Source of the DNA: an uncultured Alphaproteobacteria bacterium
GTDB taxonomy: Bacteria; Pseudomonadota; Alphaproteobacteria; CAAHEQ01; UBA3637
NCBI GenBank assembly: GCA_934216505.1
Contig: CAKQBW010000002.1
Coordinates: forward strand, 9,082-73,081
Direction of reading: 5' to 3'
Length of the DNA: 64,000 bases
In this document: one piece after another, positions 49,544 through 60,290 of the stretch
Layout of the letters: each line of letters starts with the position of its first letter
How positions within the stretch are numbered: the first letter of the stretch is position 1
Notes under the pieces: generated by a model
What the model was told of the DNA's origin: nothing
What the model saw: the letters and a program-made list of their open reading frames with translations, nothing else
The model's database searches: none
Program-made: the position numbers and the translations under genes

Positions 49544-50128
49544 TTATTGTTGGACGGGTTCTTTGGACACAATCACCATGGCTTCCCGCAGGACTCGGTC
49601 CTGTAAAAGGTAGCCCGTTTGGAGTTGTTCTATAATCGTGCCGTTGGGTTTGGTGGGGTCTTCCACTTGCTGAATGACTTGATGACGGTCGGGGTCAAAG
49701 ACCGTTCCCACATCTTGCATTTGTTTGACATGGTGCTTTTCCAAGGCCCCTAACAACAATTTGTGGGTCATTTCAATTCCTTGGAAAAAGCCCGTAAAAA
49801 ATGGGGGAAGTTGTTCGTTGAGCTTACCCATTTCCACACGGGCGTGTTTCAGGGCACTTTCTAAATTATCCACCACGGGCAACACATCTTTGGCAAAATC
49901 TTTCAGGGCATACTTGGTGTTATTTTGCATATCCAAAGCGCACCTTTTGCGTAGGTTTTCCATTTCGGCCGCTGTCCGCAACGCCAAATCTTTCCAATGC
50001 AAAACTTCGGCGGTCAGTTTTTCCACTTGCTCTTGGGCCACAGGCGCCGGTGCTGTGTTTTTTTCTTTTTGTTCTGGCATCGGTGTTGGCTTGGGCGTTT
50101 GTTGAGCGGCTTTGTTGTTTTTATTCAT
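49544..50128 (-). CDS. grpE: Nucleotide exchange factor GrpE
   Basis: Start refined to ATG 50128 (MNKNNK); coiled-coil N-terminal region and GrpE C-terminal beta-domain. Confidence 0.85.
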   Translation of the reverse strand: MNKNNKAAQQTPKPTPMPEQKEKNTAPAPVAQEQVEKLTAEVLHWKDLALRTAAEMENLRKRCALDMQNNTKYALKDFAKDVLPVVDNLESALKHARVEMGKLNEQLPPFFTGFFQGIEMTHKLLLGALEKHHVKQMQDVGTVFDPDRHQVIQQVEDPTKPNGTIIEQLQTGYLLQDRVLREAMVIVSKEPVQQ

Positions 50129-50257
50129 ATCATATCCTTTCGTTTGATTATCCTTATATGTAGTCTTTTGCGTTCCAAAAATCAAGAGGAAAGGGGAAAA
50201 CTTGCATTTTTTTGCAAAAAAGAGTACAATTTTACCCATAACAAAAGGAGTTTGAAA

Positions 50258-50974
50258 ATGACAAGACATTCGGGACGAAATGATAATGAAATGCGACCTT
50301 TGACTTTGCAATCTCATGTGAATAAACATGCAGAAGGATCGTGTTTGGTCAAGTGTGGGGATACCCATGTGTTATGCACGGCCAGTGTGGAATTTAAGGT
50401 GCCAAATTGGATGAAAGGCCAACACAGCGGGTGGATTACCGCCGAATATGGGATGTTGCCCCGTGCCAATGCAACCCGTATTGATCGGGAAGCCATTAAG
50501 GGCAAACAAGATGGACGGACCCATGAAATTCAACGATTGATTGGGCGGGCAATTCGGTCTGTGGTGGATTTACATCAAATGCAAGGCATGACCATTAAAA
50601 TTGATTGTGATGTGTTGCAAGCGGACGGGGGAACACGGACAGCGTCTATCACAGGGGCTTGGGTAGCGGTGCGTCAGGCGTTGAATAAATTGTTGGCCGA
50701 AGGGAAGTTGGATAAAGACCCGATGCAAGGGCAAGTGGCGGCGATTTCCTGTGGGGTCGTTCAGGGTAATCAAGTGTTGGATTTGGATTATTTGGAAGAT
50801 TCTAATGCAGGGACAGATGCGAATTTCGTGATGAATGAAAAGGGACAATTATTGGAAGTGCAAGGAACTGCCGAAGGGGCCCCTTTTACCACCCAAGAAT
50901 TGATGGGGTTGTTGTCTATGGCGGCTGAAGTGATGCCCGAGATTATGAAAAAACAATTACAGGCGGTGGCTTAA
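50258..50974 (+). CDS. rph: Ribonuclease PH
   Basis: RBS AAGGAG; 238 aa; conserved RNase PH N-terminal region RPLTLQ...[10 protein letters not shown]. Confidence 0.9.
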   Translation: MTRHSGRNDNEMRPLTLQSHVNKHAEGSCLVKCGDTHVLCTASVEFKVPNWMKGQHSGWITAEYGMLPRANATRIDREAIKGKQDGRTHEIQRLIGRAIRSVVDLHQMQGMTIKIDCDVLQADGGTRTASITGAWVAVRQALNKLLAEGKLDKDPMQGQVAAISCGVVQGNQVLDLDYLEDSNAGTDANFVMNEKGQLLEVQGTAEGAPFTTQELMGLLSMAAEVMPEIMKKQLQAVA

Positions 50975-51756
50975 ATTTGGACTTTTTCCAAACAGAGATG
51001 GGGGTCTATTTGATGGGCCACTTGGGTGTAGCGGGGGCTGTCTTGTGTCAGGCAAAATCGGCGTGTTTTGTGATGTGATAGGTGGGTTTCAATTTCGGGG
51101 TGGCGGGCCAGATAGGTCTTTAATTTTTCCCCCATAAAATCATTTTGGGCAATTAAATGCGTGTGAGGGAGATGCTTTTGAATCAGGTCTTTGATAATCG
51201 GATAGTGGGTGCAACCCAAAATCAAAGTCGGATAGTTTTTTAAGAGAGGGGCATATTTTTGAATCACTTGATCGGCTTGATGAAAGTCGGCGTGTTCTAT
51301 TGCAGGGACCAATTCAGGGGTGGCCAAAGAAAAAATAGGGGTATGTGGTAAAAGTTTTTGTAATTCGGTTTTATAGATATCCGAACGAATGGTGGCTTTG
51401 GTGGCGATGACAGCGATTTTAGATGGCGCCGATTGAATGGCTTCTTCCAAGGTGGGAATAATAACCCCTAACACTTTTGTTGTGGGACTTTCCAAAGGGC
51501 AAAATCGCTTTTGTAAATAACGCAACGAAACCGCTGTGGCGGTATTACAGGCAATAATAATCAATCCACATTCTTGATGAATGAGATATTTGATCGCCCG
51601 CAAGGTATAATTCAACACCTGACTTGATGTTTTTTCCCCATAGGGTAGATGTTGCGTATCCCCCAAATAAACATAATCATAGTCAGGCAAAGCCTCTATT
51701 AAGGCTTTGGCGATCACAACGCCCCCTAAGCCAGAATCAAAAACACCGATTTTCAT
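50971..51756 (-). CDS. murI: Glutamate racemase
   Basis: FDSGLGG and catalytic Cys motifs (IACNTA, GCTHYP). Confidence 0.85.
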   Translation of the reverse strand: MKIGVFDSGLGGVVIAKALIEALPDYDYVYLGDTQHLPYGEKTSSQVLNYTLRAIKYLIHQECGLIIIACNTATAVSLRYLQKRFCPLESPTTKVLGVIIPTLEEAIQSAPSKIAVIATKATIRSDIYKTELQKLLPHTPIFSLATPELVPAIEHADFHQADQVIQKYAPLLKNYPTLILGCTHYPIIKDLIQKHLPHTHLIAQNDFMGEKLKTYLARHPEIETHLSHHKTRRFCLTQDSPRYTQVAHQIDPHLCLEKVQI

Positions 51757-51823
51757 AAAGGAAAGTTTAGCCGATTTTTTCCCGCTTGTCTACTTGCTTT
51801 TTTTGAAAAAGAAAGATACACTT

Positions 51824-53587
51824 ATGTTCATGCGTCAAAACTTTAAACATTTTATGCGGCGACGGCGGGAACGAGAAGTCCCCGATGAAAAGCCTGTCTT
51901 TGTGGTGGGAGTGTGGCAAAATGGCCAAGTGGTCCCCGCGGATAAGAAAAATAAAAAGACCTTTTATGTACGTCATGTACCCCCTTCGGTTAAATTAAAA
52001 GAAGGCGACATTGTGGAAATTCAAGTACCCCGTTTTGTGCGGGCAGATACGGCGGGGGAATTTCAACGGCGCTTGGGAAATATGAAAGACGCCTATGCCC
52101 CCACTTTGTTGGCGATGGCTCAGGCGCATTTGCCCCTTTCTTTTTCTGAAGAAGCCGAAAAAGAAGGTCGCCAAGCCGTTGTTCCCCCTTTGGAAAAACG
52201 CATGGATTTAAGGCTGGTTCCTTTTATGACGATTGACGGGGCAGACGCACGGGACTTTGATGATGCGGTGTGGGCTGAAAAAACGCCCAAAGGGTATCAT
52301 ATTCGGGTGGCTATTGCCGATGTATCGTGGTATGTGTTGCCTGAAAGTGCTTTGGATAGAGAGGCCCAAAAGCGGGGAAATTCCACCTATTTTCCTGACC
52401 GTGTGGTGCCGATGTTGCCTTTTTCGTTGTCCAATGGGGTGTGTTCTTTAAATCCTCATGAAGACCGTGGGGCAATGGTTTGTGATATCTACTTAAATAA
52501 AAAAGGTCAAAAAATATCCCATCAATTTTATCGGGCGTTGATTCAATCTCAGGCCCGCTTGACCTATGATGAAGTGCAGGACTTTATGATGTCAGGAGAG
52601 GGCTTGGCGGTCGTGAAGGCCCCACTGGAAGCATTGATTGAAGCCTATCATCATCTCAGGCAGTTGCGTCAAAAACGGGGGGTGTTGGAATTAGAGGTCC
52701 CCGAACGCAAAATTACTTTGAATGAACAAGGTCAGGTGGTGCATGTGTCGCAACGCTTGCAAACGGACAGTATGCAGTTGATTGAAGAAATGATGATTTT
52801 GGCCAATGTGGCAGCGGCCGAAACTTTGGAAAAAGCCGCTGTGCCCACCATGTATCGGGTGCATGATAGACCCAGTGAAGAAAAAATCACCCGCTTTAAC
52901 GATTTTTTAAAGTCCTTGGGTTTTCAAAAAAGATTGCCTGAAGTGTCGGGAACGGCCTTTAATGATATTTTAAATCGGGTGGCGGGAAAAAAGTTGGGTT
53001 ATGCCTTGAATACCTTTGTACTTCGGACCCAAGCGCAAGCCCAATACAGTCCCGAAAATATCGGCCATTTTGGGTTGGCTTTGGCCCGCTATGCGCACTT
53101 TACTTCCCCCATTCGGCGGTATGCTGATTTGATGGTGCATCGGGCTTTGGTGCGGGCGTTTAAGTTGGGGAGAGGGGGGCTGACCGCCGATGAAGAAAAA
53201 AACTTTGCCCAAATTGCGGAACATATTTCCTTTACCGAAAGAAACAGTGCTAGTGCTGAACAAGACGCTGTGGATAAGTATTTGGCGGGCTATATGCGGG
53301 AAAAAATCGGCCAACTTTTTTATGGGCGTATTTCTTCATTGACAGCATTTGGGGTCTTTTTAACGATGAACGATACAGGCGCCGATGGCTTTGTGCCTTT
53401 CCGCACGATGCGGGGTGATTATTATCGTTTAGATGAAAAAGGGGCGCGTTTGGTGGGACGCCATACGGGACAAGTTTATAAGATGGGCGATGAAGTTCCC
53501 GTGATTTTACGGGAATGCGATCCCATTACAGGGGGAATGATTTTTTCCTTTGCCCGTCCGAAAGATTTAGATATGGTCTGTCGGTAA
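51824..53587 (+). CDS. rnr: RNase II/R family 3'-5' exoribonuclease
   Basis: RNB catalytic domain and C-terminal S1-like region; start uncertain (ATG 51824 or 51830). Confidence 0.8.
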   Translation: MFMRQNFKHFMRRRREREVPDEKPVFVVGVWQNGQVVPADKKNKKTFYVRHVPPSVKLKEGDIVEIQVPRFVRADTAGEFQRRLGNMKDAYAPTLLAMAQAHLPLSFSEEAEKEGRQAVVPPLEKRMDLRLVPFMTIDGADARDFDDAVWAEKTPKGYHIRVAIADVSWYVLPESALDREAQKRGNSTYFPDRVVPMLPFSLSNGVCSLNPHEDRGAMVCDIYLNKKGQKISHQFYRALIQSQARLTYDEVQDFMMSGEGLAVVKAPLEALIEAYHHLRQLRQKRGVLELEVPERKITLNEQGQVVHVSQRLQTDSMQLIEEMMILANVAAAETLEKAAVPTMYRVHDRPSEEKITRFNDFLKSLGFQKRLPEVSGTAFNDILNRVAGKKLGYALNTFVLRTQAQAQYSPENIGHFGLALARYAHFTSPIRRYADLMVHRALVRAFKLGRGGLTADEEKNFAQIAEHISFTERNSASAEQDAVDKYLAGYMREKIGQLFYGRISSLTAFGVFLTMNDTGADGFVPFRTMRGDYYRLDEKGARLVGRHTGQVYKMGDEVPVILRECDPITGGMIFSFARPKDLDMVCR

Positions 53588-53923
53588 AAGTTCGCCCCCC
53601 AAGATATGGGCGTGTAAGTGAGGGACTTCTTGCCCCGCATTTTTACCTGTGTTCATGACCAAGCGATAGCCATCTTGCTTTAATCCCAACAAATTCGCGA
53701 CATGTAAAATGGCCCGGAAAAAGTCCGTAATTTCTTTGTTGGACGAATGTTCTACAAAATCTTGAAAATTGACATACATGCCTTTGGTGATCACCAACGC
53801 ATGAATTTTCGCTTTGGGATTGATGTCGTAAAAAGCCAAGACATTTTCATCTTCATAGATTTTTTTACAGGGAATTTCCCCCCGCAAAATTTTGGCAAAA
53901 ACATTATTTGCATCGTAGTTCAT
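53567..53923 (-). CDS. HIT family hydrolase
   Basis: Histidine triad HLHAHIL; 118 aa. Confidence 0.8.
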   Translation of the reverse strand: MNYDANNVFAKILRGEIPCKKIYEDENVLAFYDINPKAKIHALVITKGMYVNFQDFVEHSSNKEITDFFRAILHVANLLGLKQDGYRLVMNTGKNAGQEVPHLHAHILGGELLPTDHI

Positions 53924-54003
53924 TTTTTTCTCCTTTATGGGTTGCGTTTTATCCTATTTTTGTGATAAAATACAACGAAATAGAAAAAAGGGCAACAAAA
54001 AAA

Positions 54004-55062
54004 ATGAAATTTATCTTTTTCTTTTTAACTTTTGGGGTGCTGTCTTTCCCCTTTGGGGGGTGGGCGGATTTTTATCAAGTTCCAGAAATTGCTGTTCAAG
54101 CCACGGCTTTATCGGCAAAAGAGGCAAAATCGCAGGCCCTAGAGCAAGCACAGAAACAGGCGTTTCAAATTTTAATGCGCCGTTTGGTGGGGGAACAAAA
54201 TCCCTTTGTGGAAAAATTACCCGACCCCAATGATTTGGTGGTGATGGTGCAAGATTTGTCTTTAAAAAATGAAAAAAACACCCCGACAGACTATTGGGCA
54301 CAGGTAGATGTTCAATTTAAAAAACAAGCCGTTATGGATTTTTTATCGGCCCAAAAAATTCCTTTTTTAAGGCAAGACCCGCCCGTTTTGATGGTGGTGC
54401 CTGTTTTTAAAGTCAGGGATACTTGGGTGGGGTTAGAAGAAACAAATCCTCTTTTTCGGTTTTTGAATGAACAAAATCGTCTGTCTGATTTTTATGAATT
54501 GAAACTTTTAAGTGGGGATTTGGACGAAATTGTGGCGGTAAATCGTTCTTTGAAAAAGGGGGATATTTCTGAATTAAATATTTTCTTACCCCGTTATGAA
54601 GCGCAAGGGATTTTGTTGGTGAAAGCCGAACAGGTGGGGGAAAATAATTGGCGTTTGACGGGGGAAGTTTATACGAACGGGGCCGTCCAACAGCAACAAG
54701 TCGCTTTTGATTGGTATCAGGGGTATTCTTTGGAAACAGGGTGGGCGCAATTATTAAAGCAAATGGAAAAAGAAACACGGGCCCAACAGGCCGCTTTGTC
54801 CGATAACCGCCATACCTATTATGCTCGATTAAATGAACCTTCGTTAAGGGGGTGGGTCCAAGATAAAAATCGTTTAGAATCATTAAAGTTTATCAAGGAT
54901 TTTATGTTGCAAGGTGTCTTTAATCATCAAATGTTAGTTTCTTTTTCCTATACGGGAACACCCGAAGAATTGTCGGAAAAATGGCGGCAGGCGGGATGGC
55001 AATGGGTGCCTGATTTTATGGGGACCAGTGGGACTTTAGTCAAAGGAGTTGTCTATGAATAA
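54004..55062 (+). CDS. Secreted protein, DUF2066-like
   Basis: Signal peptide; conserved position upstream of the AI-2E transporter and hda; start refined to ATG 54004. Confidence 0.45.
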   Translation: MKFIFFFLTFGVLSFPFGGWADFYQVPEIAVQATALSAKEAKSQALEQAQKQAFQILMRRLVGEQNPFVEKLPDPNDLVVMVQDLSLKNEKNTPTDYWAQVDVQFKKQAVMDFLSAQKIPFLRQDPPVLMVVPVFKVRDTWVGLEETNPLFRFLNEQNRLSDFYELKLLSGDLDEIVAVNRSLKKGDISELNIFLPRYEAQGILLVKAEQVGENNWRLTGEVYTNGAVQQQQVAFDWYQGYSLETGWAQLLKQMEKETRAQQAALSDNRHTYYARLNEPSLRGWVQDKNRLESLKFIKDFMLQGVFNHQMLVSFSYTGTPEELSEKWRQAGWQWVPDFMGTSGTLVKGVVYE

Positions 55063-56101
55063 AAAATGGATTATTGGGGGAATTGTCGTTGCTCTTTTGG
55101 GGGGCTTTTTGTGGGCGATAGAGGGTATTTTGTTGCCGTTTGTGTTGGCCTTTGTGTTGGCGTATTTGCTCAATCCATTGGTCAAACATTTATCCCACTT
55201 TTGTGGGCGGGGTATTGCAACGGCGTTGGTGGTTGTCAGTGTCTTGGTTATCTTGGCATTTGGATTGTTTTTATTGATTCCTGTTTTACAAACCCAAATC
55301 ACGGGCTTTATTGGGCGCATTCCTTTGATTGCGGAAAAATTATGGTCCTATTTAAAAAGTTTGATTTTATGGGGGCGGCCCGAAATTTCCTATCAAGAAA
55401 TGTATCGTTTATCGGATACCACCACTCAAATGACCCGAGGCGTCTTGAATGCGTTTGGGGCGGGATTGAATCAGTTGATTTCAGGGGGCTTGGCCGTCAT
55501 GAACATCTTGATGCTTTTGTTTATCAGCCCGATTGTGTTATTCTATGTGTTAAAGGATTTGCCGATGCTTCAAAAAAAATGTGAAGAGGTGATTCCCCAT
55601 CGCTATCGTGAAAAAATAAAGCAGATGGCGGGGGAATTGGACAGGACATTGTCTGCTTTTTTACGGGGGCAGATGTTTTTAAGTTTTCTTTTGATGGTCT
55701 ATTACAGTGTGGCTTTGGGCCTGACTCAGTTGGATTTGGGTGTGGTGATTGGGTTGATGACGGGGTTGATTAGTTTCATTCCCTATGTGGGCTTTTTTAC
55801 GGGCTTGATTGTGGCGATGATTATGGTTTTAATCCAAGGCGGTGGCTGGTCTTTGTTTGGCTGGGTCATGGGGGTCTTTTGTGTGGGCAGCGTTTTGGAA
55901 AGTTATATCCTCACCCCGTATTTGGTGGGCAGACGCGTGGGGCTTTCTCCTTTTTGGGTGTTGTTTGCGTTGTTGGCCTGTGGGTCGCTGTTCGGCTTTT
56001 TGGGGGTCTTGGTGGCGGTGCCTTTGGCGGCCGTTGTGGGGACCTTTATCCGATGGGGGTATCAATGGTACCAAACAACTTCGTTTTTTAAAGGAAAGTA
56101 A
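55049..56101 (+). CDS. AI-2E family transporter (PerM-like)
   Basis: 350 aa; 7-8 TM helices with family-typical conserved Gly-rich C-terminal helices. Confidence 0.8.
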   Translation: MSMNKKWIIGGIVVALLGGFLWAIEGILLPFVLAFVLAYLLNPLVKHLSHFCGRGIATALVVVSVLVILAFGLFLLIPVLQTQITGFIGRIPLIAEKLWSYLKSLILWGRPEISYQEMYRLSDTTTQMTRGVLNAFGAGLNQLISGGLAVMNILMLLFISPIVLFYVLKDLPMLQKKCEEVIPHRYREKIKQMAGELDRTLSAFLRGQMFLSFLLMVYYSVALGLTQLDLGVVIGLMTGLISFIPYVGFFTGLIVAMIMVLIQGGGWSLFGWVMGVFCVGSVLESYILTPYLVGRRVGLSPFWVLFALLACGSLFGFLGVLVAVPLAAVVGTFIRWGYQWYQTTSFFKGK

Positions 56102-56749
56102 ATGACAGAGCAACTCACCCTTTCTTTACCCTACAGAACCGTTTATGGGCGTGAGGCTTTTTGGGTTTCCCAATGTAATGAAGAAGCCATTGCGTGGATT
56201 GATAAATATCCCGATTGGCCCCAACATGCGGTGTGGATTATTGGGCCACAAGGGTCGGGAAAGACGCATTTAGTGAATTTGTTTTCAGATACGGTGATTG
56301 AAGCCAAAAATTTAACAGGGTATTTTCGGCCTCCTTTTCAAAAAAAGATGGTGGTGGAAAATCTGCAGGATTTACCCGATGAAGAAGCCCTGTTGCACTT
56401 GTTTAACTTTGTGCGAGAATTGGGGGGAGATTTGTTATTGACTTCCCGTTATGTGCCCGATTTTACTTTGCCTGATTTGGTGTCCCGCTTGAATATGATT
56501 CCCAAGGCGGAAATTACTTTGCCCGATGAAATGTTGATGCGTCAGGTGGCCAAAAAAGCCTTTAAAGATCGGCATATTTTGGTGGAAGAAAGTGTCTTGG
56601 ATTATTTAAGTTTGCATCTGACGCGGTCGTTTCCTTTGTTGCAACGGGTGGTGGCTCAGGCGGACAAATTAGCTTTGGAAAGTGGGCGCAAAATTACGAT
56701 TCCCGTGATTCGGCAAGTGATTCAGGAAGAGCAAAAGGGGGACTTATGA
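56102..56749 (+). CDS. hdaA: DnaA-homolog regulatory protein Hda
   Basis: 215-aa DnaA-like AAA+ fragment (IIGPQGSGKTHL); position upstream of ftsK. Confidence 0.65.
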   Translation: MTEQLTLSLPYRTVYGREAFWVSQCNEEAIAWIDKYPDWPQHAVWIIGPQGSGKTHLVNLFSDTVIEAKNLTGYFRPPFQKKMVVENLQDLPDEEALLHLFNFVRELGGDLLLTSRYVPDFTLPDLVSRLNMIPKAEITLPDEMLMRQVAKKAFKDRHILVEESVLDYLSLHLTRSFPLLQRVVAQADKLALESGRKITIPVIRQVIQEEQKGDL

Positions 56750-58914
56750 CCAAAGAAAAAAGCAGGGCTGTCAAATTTATTTTTTGGATTTTCATGGCTT
56801 TGTTTTTGGCGGTCTGTCTGGGGGGATATTTCCCGCAAGATGGGGCGTGGAATACCGCTAATAATCCCGCGGAAACAAAAAATTATTTAGGGAGTGTGGG
56901 GGCTTGGACAGCGGATATTTTATTACAATTATTGGGGCTGGGGGCCTTTTTTATACCGATTTTTATTTTAGCTTTCGTGGCGTTTTCTTGGGGGCATCAA
57001 CGGTGGTTGAAGTGTCGGTTATGGGCAGGAATCATCGGGGGCCTGTTGGGGCTTTACTTGATGGCGTTTATTCCCATGGAAACAGAATGGTTTAAGGCGG
57101 GGTTGGGTGGCTTTGTGGGGGGGTACCTGAAAGCATGGGGATCTGGGCTGGCTAAATGGGGATTTGTTTTGTTGGCTGTGGTGGATTTGTTTTTGTTGGC
57201 GTGGGCTTTTCACTTGCCTGTCGTCTTTTTGTTAAAGGCTGTGGGGCGTACAGGGGCGTTTTTATTAGCCCGATTACCTTGGGGTATCTCGCAAAAAATC
57301 AAGGCCTTATGGACAAAAATTCATTGGCATCGTCAGGTGGAAAAGATTAAAAAGAGTGCGCCTAAAGCAAAAGTGCGGACGGTTAAAAGTGCGTCCCAAA
57401 CTTTGCAACCAAAATCGTTGCCCAGTTTGGCCTTACCGTCCAGCGATTTGTTGGCCCCTGTGAAAAATGGCGGTGGGTCTAAGTTTAGTAAAGAACAGAT
57501 GAATCAGATTTCTCGTTCTTTGGAAAATGTGTTGGCGCAATTTGGCGTCCAAGGGCATGTTGTGGGGGCGCATCCTGGACCGGTGGTGACTTTGTACGAA
57601 TTTGAACCCGCTAGCGGGGTCAAAACTTCCCGTGTGATTGCTTTGGCCGATGATGTGGCCCGTGAAATGCGGGCGGTGTCTGTGCGTATGGCGGTGGTCC
57701 CAGGCAGCAATGTGATTGGGATTGAAATGCCCAACCCCAGTCGTGAAACCGTCTATATTCGGGAAATGGTGGAAGATGAAGGCTTTAAAGAACACAAAGG
57801 GGCTTTGCCGATTATTTTGGGGAAAAATATCGGGGGGACGCCTGTGTTTGCTGATTTGGCCAAGATGCCTCATTTGTTGGTGGCGGGGACGACAGGGTCA
57901 GGAAAATCTGTAGGAATCAACACGATGATTTTGTCCCTTTTATATCGCTTTACCCCCGAACAGTGTCGGCTGATTTTAGTGGATCCTAAGATGGTGGAAT
58001 TATCGGTGTATAATGGGATTCCCCATTTATTGACACCAGTGGTGACGGAACCGTCTAAATCGTTGATGGCGTTGAAATGGGCGGTGCATGAAATGGAAGA
58101 TCGCTATCGGTCTATGAGCCAAGTGGGGGTGCGAAACATAGAAGGCTTTAATGCCAAATTACGGGAAGCGAAAGAGAAAAATTTAACCCTGAAACGACGT
58201 GTTCAAACGGGCTTTGATCCAGCGACAGGCGAGGCGATTATGGAAGATCAGGCCTTTGATCTAACTCCTTTGCCGTATATTGTCTTTATCATTGATGAAA
58301 TGGCGGATTTAATGGGCCAATGTGGCAAAGAAGCCGATCCATTGATTCAACGGTTGGCGCAAATGGCGCGGGCCGTGGGAATCCATTTGATTTTGGCCAC
58401 GCAACGGCCTTCAGTGGATGTGGTGACAGGGACGATTAAATCTAACTTCCCGTCCCGTATTTCCTTCCAAGTGCGCAATAAAATTGATTCACGCACGATT
58501 TTGGACGAACAAGGGGCGGAACAATTATTGGGTAAAGGGGATATGCTGTATATGCCCGCTGGGAACAAACCAATGCGGGTGCATGGGCCTTTTGTGTCTG
58601 ATGAAGATGTGGGGGCGGTGGTGAAACATTGGGCAAGTCAAGGCGAACCCAAGTATGTAGATGCGGTGGTTTCTGAATCGGCGGAAATTGCCGCAGGAGG
58701 AAGTGGTGCAACGGCCAGTGGCGATGAATTGTATGACAAGGCGGTGGCGATTGTTTTGCGGGATAAAAAGCCAACCACCAGTTATATTCAACGGCGGTTG
58801 TCTATTGGCTATAATAAAGCGGCCAGTTTGATTGAAAAAATGGAACAAAATGGGGTGATATCCGCCCCGAATATCGCTGGGAAACGTGAGATTTTGACAG
58901 GAGGCGGTGAATGA
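56746..58914 (+). CDS. ftsK: DNA translocase FtsK
   Basis: N-terminal TM domain; motor with Walker A GTTGSGKSVGIN; C-terminal gamma domain. Confidence 0.92.
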   Translation: MTKEKSRAVKFIFWIFMALFLAVCLGGYFPQDGAWNTANNPAETKNYLGSVGAWTADILLQLLGLGAFFIPIFILAFVAFSWGHQRWLKCRLWAGIIGGLLGLYLMAFIPMETEWFKAGLGGFVGGYLKAWGSGLAKWGFVLLAVVDLFLLAWAFHLPVVFLLKAVGRTGAFLLARLPWGISQKIKALWTKIHWHRQVEKIKKSAPKAKVRTVKSASQTLQPKSLPSLALPSSDLLAPVKNGGGSKFSKEQMNQISRSLENVLAQFGVQGHVVGAHPGPVVTLYEFEPASGVKTSRVIALADDVAREMRAVSVRMAVVPGSNVIGIEMPNPSRETVYIREMVEDEGFKEHKGALPIILGKNIGGTPVFADLAKMPHLLVAGTTGSGKSVGINTMILSLLYRFTPEQCRLILVDPKMVELSVYNGIPHLLTPVVTEPSKSLMALKWAVHEMEDRYRSMSQVGVRNIEGFNAKLREAKEKNLTLKRRVQTGFDPATGEAIMEDQAFDLTPLPYIVFIIDEMADLMGQCGKEADPLIQRLAQMARAVGIHLILATQRPSVDVVTGTIKSNFPSRISFQVRNKIDSRTILDEQGAEQLLGKGDMLYMPAGNKPMRVHGPFVSDEDVGAVVKHWASQGEPKYVDAVVSESAEIAAGGSGATASGDELYDKAVAIVLRDKKPTTSYIQRRLSIGYNKAASLIEKMEQNGVISAPNIAGKREILTGGGE

Positions 58915-59534
58915 AAAAATGGGTGTTTTTTTTATTGTTTTGGGCTTGGATGTGTCCTGTATGGGCAGTGGTGGAAAAGGAAATTGATACGCCCCGTCAT
59001 CGGGAGATTTTAAATCAGGTAGAAAAAGCCTATAACAAAATGCGGACGCTGACGGCTCAATTTGCGCAATTTAATTCCAAAATGAAAGATGATTTACAAA
59101 CGGGAACGATTTACCTATCTAAACCCGGTCAGATGCGCTTGAAATACGAAAAAGGATCGCCCTTGGAATTTGTGGCGACAGGGGGCGTTTTTATCTATCA
59201 CGACAAAGATTTGGAACAGGTCAATTATTTTGATTTAAATTCAACGCCGGTGGAATGGATTTTACGGGATAAGTTGGTGTTTGATGATGAAGGCTTTGTG
59301 GTGACAGATGTCCAAGATGTGTTGGACGAATACACGATTACGGCCCATAAAAAAGGGGCTAAAGAGTTAGGAGAACTGACTTTGGTGATTGATAAAGAAA
59401 GTTTGGCTTTAAAGCAATGGGATGTGGTTGATGTGCGGGGAATTAAATCTACGGTTTCTCTTTTTGATATAAAACAAAATATTCCTATTGACAAAAAGAT
59501 TTTTTTATTTCATAATCCATATAAAGACGAATAA
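58911..59534 (+). CDS. lolA: Outer-membrane lipoprotein carrier protein LolA
   Basis: Signal peptide; LolA-like beta-barrel; ftsK-lolA synteny. Confidence 0.7.
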   Translation: MKKWVFFLLFWAWMCPVWAVVEKEIDTPRHREILNQVEKAYNKMRTLTAQFAQFNSKMKDDLQTGTIYLSKPGQMRLKYEKGSPLEFVATGGVFIYHDKDLEQVNYFDLNSTPVEWILRDKLVFDDEGFVVTDVQDVLDEYTITAHKKGAKELGELTLVIDKESLALKQWDVVDVRGIKSTVSLFDIKQNIPIDKKIFLFHNPYKDE

Positions 59535-59549
59535 AAAAAGGGGGCGTTT

Positions 59550-60290
59550 ATGAAAAAACTTTTATTAGGATGCGTGTGTGCGGCTTGTTTGATAGGGGGA
59601 ACTGTAGAGGCGGCCCCGATGGATTGCGCCTATACGCCTTTACAAACATTGATTCGTAATGCCCGTGATGCCAATCAAATTAAAAAGTTGATGGGGCAAG
59701 GGGTTGTTTTTGTGGATCCCCAAATTCGGTGTGGCGGGTCATTGATTCAGTTGGCGATTTTGCGGGGTAATCATGAGGTATTGCGGGCGTTGTTGGAACA
59801 AGACATTAAACAAGCCAATCAACGGGTCAGTTTGTCGGGCTTTTCCATTGCGGGGGCCCCAAAAGAAATCCCCGTTTTATTGTTTGCGGCCTATTATGCC
59901 CCCAATGAAAACATTATGAATTTGATGGTTCAAGCCATTGAAGCGTTAGGGCTGACTTTGAATCAAACGGACGACAATGGACGCAATTTATTGTGGTATT
60001 TGGAAAAAAATCCTGTTTTACGGGATACGGTTTTGGCGGATAGTTTAACTGAAAAAATGTTAAGTGGATTGAGCTCACGCAATGGCGGATTGACGAGTTT
60101 GCCTGCTTCGGGCGCAACAGGGGGAGGAAACGTCCAACCTGTTCAACGGGAAATCCAATTCCAAGGTTTGTCGGGGACGACAGGAGGTATTCAGGCGGAA
60201 AAACCGCTACCCAAGACATTGCCTGCTATTGGGCAAGAAAAACCTGCTGCGGGTGAAAATATTGTGGAGCCTGTGGCCCGTTCAAAATAG
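59550..60290 (+). CDS. Secreted protein with ankyrin-repeat-like segments
   Basis: Signal peptide MKKLLLGCVCAACLIGGTVEA; ankyrin-like consensus GGSLIQLAILRGNHEVLRALLEQ; Gly/Thr-rich C-terminal region. Confidence 0.45.
   Translation: MKKLLLGCVCAACLIGGTVEAAPMDCAYTPLQTLIRNARDANQIKKLMGQGVVFVDPQIRCGGSLIQLAILRGNHEVLRALLEQDIKQANQRVSLSGFSIAGAPKEIPVLLFAAYYAPNENIMNLMVQAIEALGLTLNQTDDNGRNLLWYLEKNPVLRDTVLADSLTEKMLSGLSSRNGGLTSLPASGATGGGNVQPVQREIQFQGLSGTTGGIQAEKPLPKTLPAIGQEKPAAGENIVEPVARSK

Noticed and set aside
50130-50257. Looked for a CIRCE (HrcA) operator or CCCCAT sigma32 box in the grpE/rph divergent promoter
   Set aside because: No TTAGCACTC-N9-GAGTGCTAA and no clear sigma32 -10 were seen; only a generic TTGCAA/TACAAT pair.
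50129-50368. N-terminal 80-aa extension of the grpE ORF overlapping the rph start
   Set aside because: The extension is hydrophobic nonsense unlike GrpE, and a proper MNKNNK start at 50128 leaves a divergent promoter spacer before rph.
53908-54003. N-terminal extension of the DUF2066 ORF overlapping the HIT gene
   Set aside because: The signal-peptide start MKFIFFF at 54004 is far more plausible.
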